From: Proteromonas lacertae
Lineage: Eukaryota
NCBI GenBank assembly: GCA_002245135.1
Contig: NGBS01001182.1
Location: 62,001-109,734, forward strand
Length of the DNA: 47,734 nucleotides
Direction of reading: 5' to 3'
The notes beneath the pieces are model-generated. The model did no database searches, was not told where the DNA came from, and was given only the letters and a program-made list of their open reading frames with translations. Below, piece by piece: positions 12,960 through 27,759 of the stretch (position 1 is the first letter of the stretch; each line of letters starts with the position of its first letter). A program made the translations under genes and the position numbers.

Positions 12960-14560
12960 TTTAGTATTTTTTGGGTGAAATTTTTAATAATAATAGAGAA
13001 AATTATCAAATTTAAAAATCTCTATTATTATATTTGTTTTATTGATATAAAAACAGTTATTACTCACAGTTAAAACATACTGCATCCAATAAAACGACTT
13101 AAGATTCATAAGATGTGAAGGATTAATAACATGACATGCTAACAACTTTCTATAAGCATAAATCTACATAATTTGCATGTAAATATTTGAATTTGTTGTT
13201 TCAATATAGAAATAAAAGGAATTTATCATAATCATTGATTTGACTTGGTTTGATTTGGCTTGTTATTATTCTTGAAAATTCTGAAATAAAAGTATTAATT
13301 TGTGATGGAATGTAGTACTGATATGATGATACGCAAATTAAAGCAGATCAGTGAAAATATTGAAAATATAAGACTGTAAAATATATAAGAGTGTAGATGT
13401 AGTGAATTAGAAAGAGTTTAGAATAATGAATGGGTTTTAATATGTTCAAGAGTTAAATATAGATGTAAGATTATGATATTATGTGCTACAGTTTTGTGTG
13501 AAGGATTTCTAAACAAGATACCACTATATATTTGTATAGTCTATTGAAATGGTATAATATTTTATGATAAATTCAATTGTAAAAGATAACACCTTCTTAA
13601 AGTGATCTATCTACATGTACAGAATTGTAAGAGGCTCAAGTATGTTACATTCATGATTATGTATATAATACTGTGTATGATATAATGTTTGTGGATTATG
13701 TAATGATTTTATTTTGTTATTGTTTAAACAAGAAGTGATGTGTATTTAAACAATGAATATCACATTTAGTGTATGTATATACACAAAAAATCAATTGTAA
13801 TATTCATAAATGCAGAAAAAGTGATTTAATAATTAATCCTTATATATATTCATTGATAGTATATAGAGGGATATTATTTCCATTATTTGATTAGTAGTTC
13901 ATTGTTGATAAAAATGGAAAGGTTTCTAATGTTGTTCAAAGATGGTTGAAAGATTTATCTTAGTAATTTATGGTTATATGGCTAAATACATCACCAGAAG
14001 CTGGAATATTTATAAATTATATAGTTTATCAACTGTTAGAGTAGATATGGAGCATATAAGATAAGATTATGTCAGATTTAGAGAAGAAAGTTGTGTATAG
14101 TTATAGAAATGGATAAAAAACTATTGCTTCTTTTTAATTGATTATGTATATAATATGCATACTAATGATTGAACAATAAATACACCTTATTTATGAAATT
14201 ATATCAAAAACAGCATTGCTTTATAAGAATGGTTGGAGAAAACATTACTTGAGCATTACTAACATTAATGATATAAAAGAGTGTTCATATACAAGCCAGT
14301 AAAGTAGTTTATAACAATAATGCTGAAGCTGTGAGAGCAGTGAAAGTTTATTTATTAGCAAAAAAATAATTTAACAAAATGTGATATTAAAGAGTAGTAT
14401 TTGAGTTGATTTAAAAGATGTCTAATTTGCACTTCTTATTCGTCTATTATATCACAGATGTGAGGATGTATTTGAAAAAGCCAAAGAGATGTACAAAATC
14501 TAGTATGTAGTGTAGGTGATAGTCAAACTGTTAAAGCTATATTTTGTTTTTTAAATCATT
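12960..14560 (+). mobile_element. Degenerate Mutator-like (MULE) DDE transposase relic
   Basis: Stop-ridden tract keeping ordered motifs: ICDG (~13300), LFPLF/QRWLKDL (~13870-13960), IMSDLEK (14066-14086), YCFF (~14122) and NNNAE (14313-14327). These match the MULE pattern DG...SD.EK...C.FH...TNN.AE. Confidence 0.4.
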
Positions 14561-14725
14561 AGTATATTTATTATTAAAATAAAGAATTAAATGGTGATTA
14601 TGATATTATAAGATTAAGTATAAGTTTAGAAATGTGGTTGTTTTTTAAATGCTAATTCAACCGCCATTCAATAATTGGTTATTCCAATCAAGCCATATTT
14701 GAAAATTAATACTTTTTTTGTTTGA

Positions 14726-17046
14726 ATGACTCTATTTATAGCATACTTCTTTGCGTATATAGTTATAGTTTCTGGTATTGTTTTTTTTTTAATTACTATA
14801 CTAGGGTATAAGTGCCCTGTAAAATTGGGTGATGGTTATGCCGATTGGCCAGAGTCAGAAGAAGGTCAAGTAATCTCTAAATGTTATGAAGGATATGTTA
14901 GTGAGAAAAAACCTCAAAGAAATTGCAGCAATGGTCAGTGGACGGAGATAATCTTTAAATGTCATCCTCATAATTCGCCTCGTCAGTTACAAGGAGTTTG
15001 TATTTTTTTCTGATTTTTATTTTTTTATAGGGCCACCAGAATATGAGATTAATTACGATAACCTGATCATCGCGGTTACAGATAGTGGATATGATATAAC
15101 TGGATCGTTTTCTGTGTTTGATCCTTCAAAATGTGAAATGAATGAGATATTTCAACCAGTTGGATATAAGATTGAGTATATTTGGGGGTTTGGAAGGAAT
15201 AACAACACTTTATATGGATCACAGAGTGTTATAATTGATAGTTGTTATTCAGCTACCGATTATAAACATGTTTTTGATGTAAATATTCGCACATCAGATA
15301 AAGACAACGTATATTTAAATATAAGAAATCGAGCAGCAACTACTGCGATTGATATTCTAAGTTGGACATACAGTATATTTATATATATATTTTATAAACA
15401 TAGAAATTGTGTGTGAAAGTGAATCAATCTTCAATACATTCTACCCAATTACAGCTACAAACACTAAAGCTACAGGAGAGTGTGAATTAACCTATCACAA
15501 TAATGTTGATGGTGTAAGTCCGATGAGAAATTGTACAAACAGTGTTTGGGAAAAAGCTAAAAGTGATGTGTGTGTAAAATATGATTTTCCAAATATTACA
15601 ATCGATTTTAGTAAAGTAAGTTCCATTTTTATATCAAGTGGATCAAGTCAAGGTAAAATTAAATATTCTGGTAATATAATGTTAAAAACAGATAAATGTG
15701 ATAATACTTTATTACCTAAGATGTTTGTATTTATCATATTTGATAGTAAAAGTCATTCTACATTTGATGGTGTTACTCCTGTTGAAGTTAGTTATTGTTT
15801 TCCTAACAATAAACTATTAATTCCAATTCCTCCACAAGAAGTTGCTTATAATTATTACAATATGTCAGTTGGAGTGTTTGGAACACCTAAAATGACAGAT
15901 GAATTAGTTATTGACTCATTTAGTATATTACTTTATTATTATTCTATATATATATGAATAGATATTGAATGTAATTCACCTGATCCTGTAGAATACAATA
16001 TAGACTGGGATATTGCTATAAAAGGTATTGCTTATGGTAAATGTATTGAGTTTTACAGATGGATTGGAACAAGTGATAGACCAACAAGAGAATGTTTAGG
16101 AAATAATGAATATTCTACAAATGATAAAACCAATTGTGAAAAATTTAGTATATATATATATATATATATAATCATATTAATATATATTATAGTTCCTGAT
16201 ATTGATATAAGATTACAAATTGATTGGGATGATTCTTATGAAAAAGTAGTTGGTGGTTTTTACACCAATTTCATATCCAACTTGTGATCCAAGAAATACA
16301 TTTCCATCAACTTACAAAGTAACTTATAAATTTGATAATGGAAAGTATCAAACTCACATTGAAGTTGGTTCTTGTGTAGAAAATATAACAAATAAACTAC
16401 CAATCACTCCATCTAAAGCAGTTAAGCATAGTAAAATGATTTTTACATTTTTTACAAAGGATTTAAAGACAGAATTCTTAACAAAGGAAATTAATTTAGT
16501 TTGTGAAGAGACAGTAACTAACAATATTACTTGGGAAAGAGTTCCACTTGGTGAAACACGAACATATGATGATTTTGCCTGTAAACCATTCTATGAATTT
16601 GAAGGTTCAAATCCAAAGATATCAAGAAGATGCTTAGATAATGGAACTTGGGAATATTCTCCATATATTTGTTTATATGAAGGAGTTAGTATATTATTAT
16701 TATTATTATTACACATTTATATAGAATTTGTTGTTGATGATTCAGCTGTTAATATAAAGATCAATGAAACTGCCATTACTATAGAAGGTAATGTTAAAGT
16801 TAAAGATACATCCAACTGTAAAGGCAATAAAGGAAGATTATATTACAAATATGGATTATGTGATACAGAAAAATACACTGTAAATTCAAGTTGTAGATTT
16901 GTAACAGGATATAAAGATTATTGTTTCATAGGAAATGAGATGGATATAATACCTACTAAATTAATGTTAGCAGCAAAAGAACACTTTATTCATCTAAGAA
17001 TTGGTACAAATTCTACTGATCCAAATGATTTTATTTATACTAAGAG

Positions 17047-17079
<33 letters not shown>

Positions 17080-20000
17080 GTTTATAGGATTATCATGTGG
17101 AAATTATGTAGTGAACAATATGATATTTCCATTATCATTGACTGGAGATGTTGAAGGAAAATGTAATACAAGTTATGAATATCAAGAAGAAGGAAAACCT
17201 CCTAGACTAACCTGTGGAGATAAAGGATGGATAAAAACTAATAACAAATGTGAATTTAAACGTATATCTACCTATTTATATATAAATATAAATAGCTCCT
17301 GAAATAAAGATGAACTTTTCATCTGTAACATTTGATAATACTATAGTTTATAATCAAAAAGCATATGGAACTATTTATATAGAAGATTTATCAATGAATA
17401 CTCGATTATATCCTCCTTCAGAGGTATACATTGCCATTTGTTTTTCGATAAATGAACATAGTGTTATGTTTTGGTGTAATGTAACTGATACTCTACAATA
17501 TCCATTTCCAAATAATACATATCCATATGAATTAGATGTTGATCGTAATTCAATTTTATACACAGTGCTAAGTATTATGTTGTACGAATCAAAAGAACGA
17601 ATTTATGATAAAAAGGTTTATAGCTGTATATATATATATATATATTTCTCTATGTTTTACTATTATATAGACAATTACTGTAAAATTGAAACAGTAAATG
17701 AGATGAAATATGATATTTCAGTTCCAGGTGTTGCTTATGGCACATGTAAAACCTTTTGGAAGCCAAAAGTTGATAATAAAAGAATATGCAATGTAGATGG
17801 AACTTGGGAAAACACAACGAATGAATGTATAAGAGAAAATGATATTTTCAGAATTGATTTTTCACAACTACATATCGAAGTTTTATCAGAAAATGTTACT
17901 AAAGTATATGGTTTTTTGTTAATACATGACTTATTAAACTGTTCTTCTCCATTTCCTCCATCTGCGGTTTATGTTAAGTATTTCTATAGTGAATATACAG
18001 ATAAGTACAGCAATGAAACATATGGATATAATTATACTTATACATATTATTGCTATAATAACCAGTCAGTATCAAAACCTTTTATTTTAATAACATATGA
18101 GAATAAATTAAATCCATTTACTAATTATTTTGTTGTGCAAATCTACAAAACAGATTATGAAAAAGAAGATGAGTTTTATGGATATGATTATAGAAGTATT
18201 TTAATTATTATTTATATATTTCAATAGCATTAACTTGTAGAAGTTTATATCAGAATAATGCTTGGTTTGCTCCAACTCCAACAAATACATCAACTGAAGG
18301 TTATTGTGCTCCAATGTATTATTATGTTGAAGATTCTAAAAGGCCTTATACTGAATGTCAATTAGATGGAAACTTTTCGAGTTTGGAAGAGAATGAATAT
18401 TGTTTTTATAATGGCACACAATTTGAAATTGATGCTTATATATATGAACCAGATTGTTGGTATAATTACCCAAATGAACCATATTGTGATATAAGAGGAT
18501 ATGTAAATATTGATGATCATTCAGAATGTAATTATATATACCATCAAGATTATATCAATATGACATTCTTCTTTTCAGATAGTAATGTTACATTTGATCG
18601 TGATTATAGTAATACCAAATATTCATATGCTTTACCTTATTGTTTTGAAAATAAATTGTATTACAATTTTACAATTGATTTTAATCACTATGGAGATAAT
18701 TCTATAGATAATCATCATTATGCCTTAATCAGATTATCTCCATATGAGAATAGAACAGTATGGAATTTTACCAGTTCTTTAACCTTTCAAGAAATAGTAA
18801 TAGCCACTCATTGTCCCAGTGAAGGAATTAATATGTTGTATTGGACATATATTGATATTAGTTTAAATCATACTGCTCATTGTCCTGTGTTTACTAGATT
18901 TTATGGTGATGAAAATGATCTTACCAGAACTTGCGAAAAGAATGGATATTACAGTTACTTTAATGAATCAAGAACTGGATGTATAGATTTAGACTAGAGC
19001 ATTTGTTTTTGATGTAAATGCTACATCATATTTGAATGAAGATGGATATGCAGTAGTAAATGGAACAATAAAGATAACTCAAACTGTGAAAGTAGAATAT
19101 GAATTTATACCTGAATTTGTTACCTTAACAATAGGATATGATTACTACGAGGTTGAATATAACCATTGGTCAAGCTCTACATTTGATTATGTTGATATTC
19201 CTTATCCAATGGAAAATGATACATTTTCATATGTTGTAGTCAATATTACTGCCACTGAACCAAATTATATGAATAGATTCTTTGCTAGATTTTACACTGG
19301 TCGAGAATCTTACGAATATTATCTTAGTATATAAAAAATATATATCTTATATCATATAGCCGTTTACTGTCACAAAACAAAATTTAAAAATAATTATCTT
19401 TACATCAATGCTGGTAGATTTAACGAAACAAGTAAAGGTTATTGTTATCCATTCTACACTTTTTCAATTCCAGGTGAATATCCAGAAAGTTATTGCGAAG
19501 ATGTAGGTGAATTTATACCGCCAAATGAACAAACAGAAAGATGTGATTACCTTGGAACTGGATTTAGAATTTCTGGTAATATATCAATAAAACCATCAAT
19601 AATTAATGAAGAGAATTATGACTTTGTTGGTTATGTCAAAATTGATGATATTTGGTCATGCAATTATACACTTCATCAAAATTCTATAAGTAGTCACTAT
19701 AGATGGACAGAAGTAGAGAATGATACAAAAACATTTGAAGAAAATGATACTCTTTTATACTTTCCATATTGTTTTGAGAATGATAGTGTAATATATCCAA
19801 TTGTTGTTTATAATATAAACTTTGATGATATAGAAGATTATCATTATTTAAATTGGAGAATCTATCCATCTTATGATGAATATATATTTACGAATAAAAC
19901 AACATTTGATCAGAAATCAATCGCCACATTCTGCACTCCAGATTACAACTATTCTATATCATGGAGATTAAGTAATGTATCAGAAATAGTAGAAGGAGTA

Positions 20001-23000
20001 TGTGAACCATTTAACAATTATACAGATGGTTATAGACCTTATAGAGAGTGTAAAATAGATGGAAGATATGAAAATTATCCACCAGGAAATTGTACAAGAA
20101 TGGAAACTCATTTTACAGCCGATGGAAGTCTATTGAATGTAACAATTGATGATTATGAGTTGGTTCATGTTGGAGGAATATTGACATTGCATGATAATGA
20201 TGAATGTAGATTTTCATATACACCAACTGAGATATATATTAGGTATGGATTGAATGATAGTTATGCTGTGTATGGTGATTCATACAAAATACCTTATTGT
20301 TTTGAAAATAGCATCTATTACTTCAATATAACTGATTTACCCTTTACTGTTGGTGTTGATAAAGCCTTTAACAAATTGAATATTATGTTTTGTCTTGATG
20401 TTAATTGCACTGATATATTGAATAAAGATACAATTATACTTTCTTGTATATCAAAGTCAATAACATCAGGCTTTATGGGTGCTGCTGTGATAGGAGAATA
20501 TGGATATGGTTATTGTGAAGAATTTCATGAATATGATGGAGGAAATATACCTAAAGCATTGTGTTTACCAACTGGACAATTTGAACCATTCTCTTCTACA
20601 CAAAAGTGTGAATATACAGGAACAAAATTTGTAATGAGTAGAAATTTCAGTATAGAATCTGTTAATTCATCATATTATCACTTATTTGGAGATGTTGTTA
20701 TTAGAGATGATTATTACTGCAAATATACAAAGAAACCTGATTCATTAAGAGGTGCATATATCTTCAATAGCTATAAGATTAATTATAATGGTTGTGATCT
20801 AAAGAAAGTTACTATACCTTACTGTTTCGCAGATAACAATACCCATACATTACATCATGATAAGTATATTGAAAAGAATGATATTGGTATTTATAGTTAT
20901 ATAAACTATTATTTAATTGCACCAGAAGGTGATAGTAAATTTGACTGTTCTGATTCTTTTTCTCAGCTTAAAGAAAGAACATTTTGTGATAAACATACTG
21001 TCTATGATATTACATGGGATTATGGTAGTTTAGATCAATATAATGAAGGAGATTGTCTACCTTTTAATGATTATAATGGAACAACAATTAGACCATTAAG
21101 ATATTGTGATATAGATGGATTATGGAAAAATTTTGATAATACTTCTCTTTGTGAACCTGTTGCTACTGCATTTGAAATATCATTTGATCATCTTTACTCA
21201 AGTATTGATGAATATGATTATAATGTAATATATGGAGATATATCACTCTATGATCGATTTGAATGTAATTATAATTTCACACCATTTAGTTTATATGTAA
21301 GATATGGTTTTTCTGAAGAAGATGGCATAATGGATTTATATAGTATAACAGAAATACCTTATTGTTGGGAAGGTAATATGTATGAAATGGAAATACCATA
21401 TTACTCTCAAATGGAATATTCATACTATTATTTTACAATGGAATTATGTGTAGATTCATCATGTTCTAGAATTCTTAAATCAAAAAGTCAAAGAGTATTC
21501 TGTTCAGAAGATATAGCTAATGAAATCACATGGACAAAAGCAGGATTTGGAACTCATTTAGGTGAATGTAGAGAGTTTTATACTCAACCAGAAACTCAAT
21601 TATTAGAAAGACAATGTAATGTTGATGGAAGATGGGGTTTATTCAATAATACCTGTATGTTGATTGATTTACCTGAAGCTATTATGACATTAAGTGATGT
21701 TAATGGATATTTCATTAATAATGAAACTGGTGAATATAATATAACCTTTACATTTACAGTTGCTTATGTAAAATGTAGTATATTACCTCCAAATACTCAA
21801 ATCAAATTTGGTTATTCTTTATTAGAGAAATCATTTACTGATTATGTTCCATTAGAATATACTAATGATTCTTATTGTCGAAATACTCCTCCAATTAGTT
21901 TTACAAGATCAGTTCATGTTTATCCATCTGAAGAGAATAAGTTGAATTTACACTCAAGAATATGCTTAGCAACAAAACTTGATGATTGTAGTATTCCATC
22001 ACAACAAGAAACATATCCAATAGCATGTAAAGAAGAAGAAAATGCTTATAATGCATCTTGGTTACAATCAATTGTGAATGAAAATATAACAGGAAGATGT
22101 TTACCTGATTATATATATGATAGTGATGATGGAACTGATTCTCCAACAAGAAAATGTTTAGTGGGAGGAAGTTGGTCTACCACCAGTGAAAGGATGTACA
22201 TATCAAATAAGACCAGAATTTGATTGGGAATTTGGTGATTTGGATATACACTTGAACTTAAGTTCAAACAGAAAAATAGTAACAGCTGTAACACTGAATG
22301 GCCCATTATATTTAACTGACTTGAAAAAATGTACAAAATTCCAACCAATCATTTATCTGCAATACACTTTATCTCAGTTTGAGAATAGTTTTATATGATG
22401 GAGATGTAATAACAGAAGAAGTTGATTATTGTTTCAAGAAAAAAAATGTATTTACAAAGAATTTCACTGATTATAGTGGAATAAATGTGAGATATTTAAA
22501 TTGTAGAATGTGTATGGATAAGAAGTGTGAAAAAATAATTCAAAAATATAACCAGCCATTATATTGTGAAGCTGTTAGTTCCAATGGTTTAGATTGGGAT
22601 CCAAGTCCTTTGAAAACAATGACAAATGTTTGTCCAATGATTGGTATAGTTAAAACAGGATTGGAATGGTCCAGAAGAAGTACCAACAAAAGTTTGTTTC
22701 CAGAATGGAACATGGGATTTAACTCCTTATAAATGTGATATGCCAAAGAGATGGTGTCTTAATAAAATTGAATATAATGCTTATTGGCCATTATCTGTGC
22801 CAAAACCTGTAGTTTATGGTGATTGTCAAGAAGGATATATATCAGTTGGACCAGATGGACATTCATATAGAGAATGTTTTCAAGGTTTATATTTCAGTGA
22901 CGAAGTGTATTATAAATGTGTAAGTAATGCATTTACTTATCTTGTATTTGATTTAACAGTTGATAGTAAGAAAGTTGTTAATAAAGACTTTGATGTAAGT

Positions 23001-26000
23001 GGAAAGTTTAATATGCATCTTGAAAATTACAACTGTCATCCTGATGATAATGATACTGTTCCATTAGATATTTATGGTTATTATGGTTTATCAGCTCAGA
23101 AAGTGTTATTAACGACATTTAATTATACATGTCATTCTGGAAATGTATTTGATAGTGATGTTGTTTTACCAACTCCATTGTTGGTTAAATATCCTGGCAC
23201 AACTTTAGAATTGACATTAGAGTTTAATAGAACTGAATTTATTCGTCATGTTGAAGGTATATAGATATATCTATTATATATTATTATTATTATAGTTCTT
23301 GGATGTGAATATATAGAAGAAAGTGAGAATAATTTCAATACTTCCTTACCAGGGACAATAATAGGTAAATGTTCAAATGGTTATGTATCTGATAATCCAA
23401 ATAATGATAATAATCCATTTAGAAAATGTAATGCTGATGGATTATGGGAAGAAATAGAATATCCATGTTATAAACAGAGTATAATATTGTTATTTATTCT
23501 TATTAAAATAGCTTATAAAGATTTAACATTCGATTATAAAGAATTCTATGTTAGAGCTTTGACTGCGTCTGATCAATTCTGTGTTTCACAAACAGTAAAT
23601 TTAGTTTATTCAAAAGAATGTCCAACAGTAGAAAAATACTTTAAATTATCATTGTTTTCTCATTTTACAGAAGATGAAGAAAAGCAATCTTATTCATCAA
23701 CAAATATCTCATTCATGTGTCAAGAGAATAACAAATTTACAATAAGTGAAGAAAGATGTATTTATATAAACCAATCAAATTACATTATTTTTGATCTTTA
23801 TGTTGATGGAAAATATGAAAAATCAGATAAATATGTATTAGGATGTGAAAGAGTGAGAGTTGGTAGAGATAATTGGTATATATCGCTAGTTGGAATGAAT
23901 GAAGGTTATTGTGATGCTGGTGGTTATAAAGCTAATACTCCAACAGGTAATCCAATGAGAGAATGTACAAGTAAAGGATGGGGAGTAATGAGTAGTAGAT
24001 GTGTATTAGATGAGTATCAATTCTTTAAATTATCAGTTGATAATTCATTCTTATCAATAAGTGAGAATAAGTTTTGTATGAATTATGTAATTTTAACATA
24101 TGAAAGGAATGAATGTGATGTTACACTAGTAGATTATCATCTAACTTATCTTTTATTAAGTGAAATAGATGAGTTACTGTTTTCTAATTTAACATTTGAT
24201 TGTAAAACAATGAATGAATATAAAATCAAACCATCATCTCCAATTTGTGTAAATGATACATATGAGAATGTATTATTCTCATTATCAAATGAAAATGATT
24301 TTATAACTGATTTAACAGCTAATTTAGGATGTGGATCAACAGAGTTTGCTAATGCCAATTTCCCACTTTCATTACCAGGTGATATAGTTGAAGGAGAATG
24401 TATAGATGGTTATATAATCTTTGATACACCTTATCCAACAGCAAAGTGTCAATCTGATTCTAGTTACAGTAGTATAAGTGAATGTTTACCAAAAGATTAT
24501 CCCGAAGTTAATATTGATAAACTTGAGATTAGTGTGAAAGATGAAAAACAATTTTGTATTAGTGAAGTTTTAGGAAGTGTATTTCAATGGAGAAGAATGT
24601 CGAAAACCAATATTGAATCTACAATTGAAAGTGTATTATATAATAAATGGAGTTAAAAAGTTCTTATATAGTTTCCCATATAGTTGTAAAGCAGGATTAG
24701 TATCTGAATATAGAATATCACCTGAAATATGTTTAGAAGAAAATATAAATACAATGAGTTTTGAAATAGATTATAATGATAATAAACTATCAGAAACACC
24801 ATTAACATTAGGTTGTTTATCATATTCAGTTGATAGATTTCAATTTGGTTTATCTCCAGGTGGAGATGATATAGTATTAGGAGATTGTTTATCAGAATAT
24901 GAATATGTGAATATATCTTGTAGACCCAAAGCAATATGTAATAAAGATGAAGGTAAATATGAGAATATAAGTGGTTATTGTACTTATCCAGATTATCAAG
25001 ATACAACATTCTCCTTAGATCAAGTATATGTGAGTAAACCACCTGAAGATAATAGATTCTGTGTAGAAGGAACATTATTAACAATTCATGTTGGAAGTTG
25101 TGATAATCAATCAAGTGCAATACCTGTAACAATATCCTATAAATATGCAGAAAGTGATCAAAAGCATTTCTTTGAGGAATTTCTTTATGATTGCAAAGAA
25201 GGAGTAATAAACTCTCATAGATTTAATGAACCACTTTGTGTAGATGGAACATCAATCAATAATATCACAATAATATTAGAAAAGACACAAACAAATGAAA
25301 TAATCTCCACATCAGCATTGTTATTAGGATGTCTTGGTTATGAAGATGAATCAACAATATGGAATGCTACATTAACAAATAACTCAACAGAAGGTATGTG
25401 TAAACCAACTTATATATATAATGAAGGAGTGGGTCCAAGAAAATGTAATGAAAATGGTAAATGGGAAGAGATAGAGAAAGTCTGTATTCAATTGAAACAA
25501 AAGACATTTATGGATGAATATGGAGCTTTAATAATTGGTTTATCAGCTGGTGTATGTTGTTTCTGGTGGTTATTGGTCTTAATATCATTATTGATCATGT
25601 ATTTATATAAGAAATATCGAGAAAAAGAAGAAGAAAAACGAATGAAAACAATAATTCCATCTGATGCAAATCTTTTAAATAATATGGCTCAGATAGCTGC
25701 AAATGGTAAAAATGCAGAAAGAATTCCAATGGATACAAAACCAATCGATCAAAAATTATTCCATGCTCCAAAGAGAAGAATGACTAGAAGAAAATTAAAA
25801 CCAGTTGGATCAAGACCAAGTCAATTACCTCCTTTAAAACCACCTCATTTACCTGTAACAATGGATGATGCTGATGATAATAAAAATAGTTTACACTCAT
25901 CAAAGCCAGATGGAATGATGTTAAATAATGATCGAATTAGTCTTCGAATAAACAGTAAAGATAGTGATGAATATAACTACAAGAGAATATCAAGCAATAC

Positions 26001-26274
26001 ATCATCAATGAATCATAAATTTGGAGAGAATTTTGCAAGTAATTCTAATTCATCATCAGATGGAAATGTGAATAAAGAGAGTATATCTCCTAGACAACCT
26101 ACTAAAGTTGAATTACCTGAAGTATTGACAAAACCTATAAATCAGTTAACAAAGAATGGAATATTACCTCCTTTAGCTAGAAAGTCTTTTAATCCTGTGA
26201 ATAGATTTGAAACAAAGACATTATCATCTGAAGCACCAAAACAAGAACTTAGAATGAAGAAGATTATTGAATAG
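14726..26274 (+). CDS. Giant type I membrane/surface protein (roughly 3,600 aa) with ~21 HRM-like four-Cys modules alternating with beta-rich spacer domains
   Basis: Signal peptide at 14726; many short introns and several frameshifts. Recurring module C-x(8-10)-W/F-x-G-x-C-x2-Y-x-P-x-R-x-C-x3-G-x-W-x-C. A single TM helix (ALIIGLSAGVCCFWWLLVLISLLIMYLY, ~25525-25605) is followed by KKYREK and a ~220-aa Pro/Ser-rich tail. Confidence 0.85.
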
Positions 26275-26409
26275 AAATCATTATAAAATAATATATTAAG
26301 TAAATATTTTATCTATTCTATTATAATAATTAAAGAATTTATTTCTAAAAATCTAGTCGTTTCAATTTCATTTCAATTTATTTATTTTGTAATTTAACCA
26401 TATTAGAAT

Positions 26410-27381
26410 ATGATATATTTGTTATTAATACTATATTTTATCCGATTTTCTTATTGTTATAGTCAAAAACTGTGTGATGAGTTATTGATTGTAGAATCTA
26501 GTTATAATCATTCTAAGTGTATTTTATCAAATAGAAAATATGTGCCATTAGATAAATGGACAAAAAAGTCAGTAAAATATCCAAAAATGTATATTAGTGA
26601 TATTATAGGTGAAACAGTGATAAAGAGAAGTTTAATGTTGATAGGTGTTCAAGTGTATTCTACTATGTTTTACGATAGATATGTTTATAGAAAATTATAT
26701 AAGAATTATGAAAAAGTCCAATTATTATTCTTCTTGGGTTTAACAGATAATGATTTAATAAATGGCAGAATAATTCAAGAGAGTATGATATATAAAGATA
26801 TGGTAATATTCAATTTTACTACTTCTTATCAAACACTACATATTCAAACATATAATTTCTTAAAATGGATAGAAAGACATAAACATATGTATAAATATAT
26901 AATAAAACAAGATAGTGATACATTTCTGAATATACCACTTCTTCTTGATAAAATTAAATCAATATCTTTAAAATATAATAATAGTTTTATGATGGGATAT
27001 GTATTTGATGAATGTTTCTTTTGTTTTACAAGATACAGAATCGCTTATGCAAGTGGAATGTGTTATATATTTCCATCCAAAATAATAAGTGAAATGAATA
27101 AAGTGGGTGATGAATTAATAAAGAAAACATATCCTGGTTATCCTGAAGACTTCTTTACTGGTAAATTAATACAAAACAATAATAAGATAAAACTAATAGA
27201 TTCTAATAAATGTTATAATCTATTATCATATCTAAATCCTCCTAAAGAGTTGAAATTCTCTGATAATCTGTTGATAGTTCATCATCTCAAAATATCAGAA
27301 ATTGCTTTTATTCATTTACATTTCATAAAGAATTTAACAGTTAGAAATATATGTCATTATAATTTTAAATCAGCTTACTGA
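26410..27381 (+). CDS. GT31 beta-1,3-galactosyltransferase-family glycosyltransferase
   Basis: Intronless 323-aa ORF with an N-terminal anchor. ESMIYKDMVIFNFTTSYQTL, YIIKQDSDTFLN (DxD), YASGMCYIF and PEDFFTG motifs. Confidence 0.9.
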   Translation: MIYLLLILYFIRFSYCYSQKLCDELLIVESSYNHSKCILSNRKYVPLDKWTKKSVKYPKMYISDIIGETVIKRSLMLIGVQVYSTMFYDRYVYRKLYKNYEKVQLLFFLGLTDNDLINGRIIQESMIYKDMVIFNFTTSYQTLHIQTYNFLKWIERHKHMYKYIIKQDSDTFLNIPLLLDKIKSISLKYNNSFMMGYVFDECFFCFTRYRIAYASGMCYIFPSKIISEMNKVGDELIKKTYPGYPEDFFTGKLIQNNNKIKLIDSNKCYNLLSYLNPPKELKFSDNLLIVHHLKISEIAFIHLHFIKNLTVRNICHYNFKSAY

Positions 27382-27402
27382 ATAATTGTTTGTTGATATA
27401 AT

Positions 27403-27669
27403 AACGAGTATAATTCATATAATTATTTTTAAAAGACATTTATTCTTCAAAATGGTTATATACTAATCGAATAAAACAATGGCAACCTCAACTTCATTTC
27501 ATATCATTTATTATAATGAAATTCAATAAATACTGTCAATATGTCAAATTCATTGATTTGATTTGATTGATTCCTAGAATATTCTAGAAATTATTTTCTA
27601 TTTTCATTCTATTTAAAGTGATATTGGTTTTTATATTTTTTAAAAATAACTATATTTGTTATACTCGTT
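27403..27669. repeat. 267-bp spacer unit bounded by inward-facing copies of the ~32-bp AACGAGTAT motif (MITE-like or empty cassette)
   Basis: Left end AACGAGTATAATTCATATAATTATTTTTAAAA; reverse complement of the right end AACGAGTATAACAAATATAGTTATTTTTAAAA. Copied at 37721-37987. 27528-27669 is homologous to 40032-40173. Confidence 0.75.
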
Positions 27670-27759
27670 ATTAATTAACACAAGATGGTGATTTTAACAA
27701 TAATGATGTGAAAGGGTTCTATATTAAAGTAGGATATAGAAATAAATAATATAATTATA

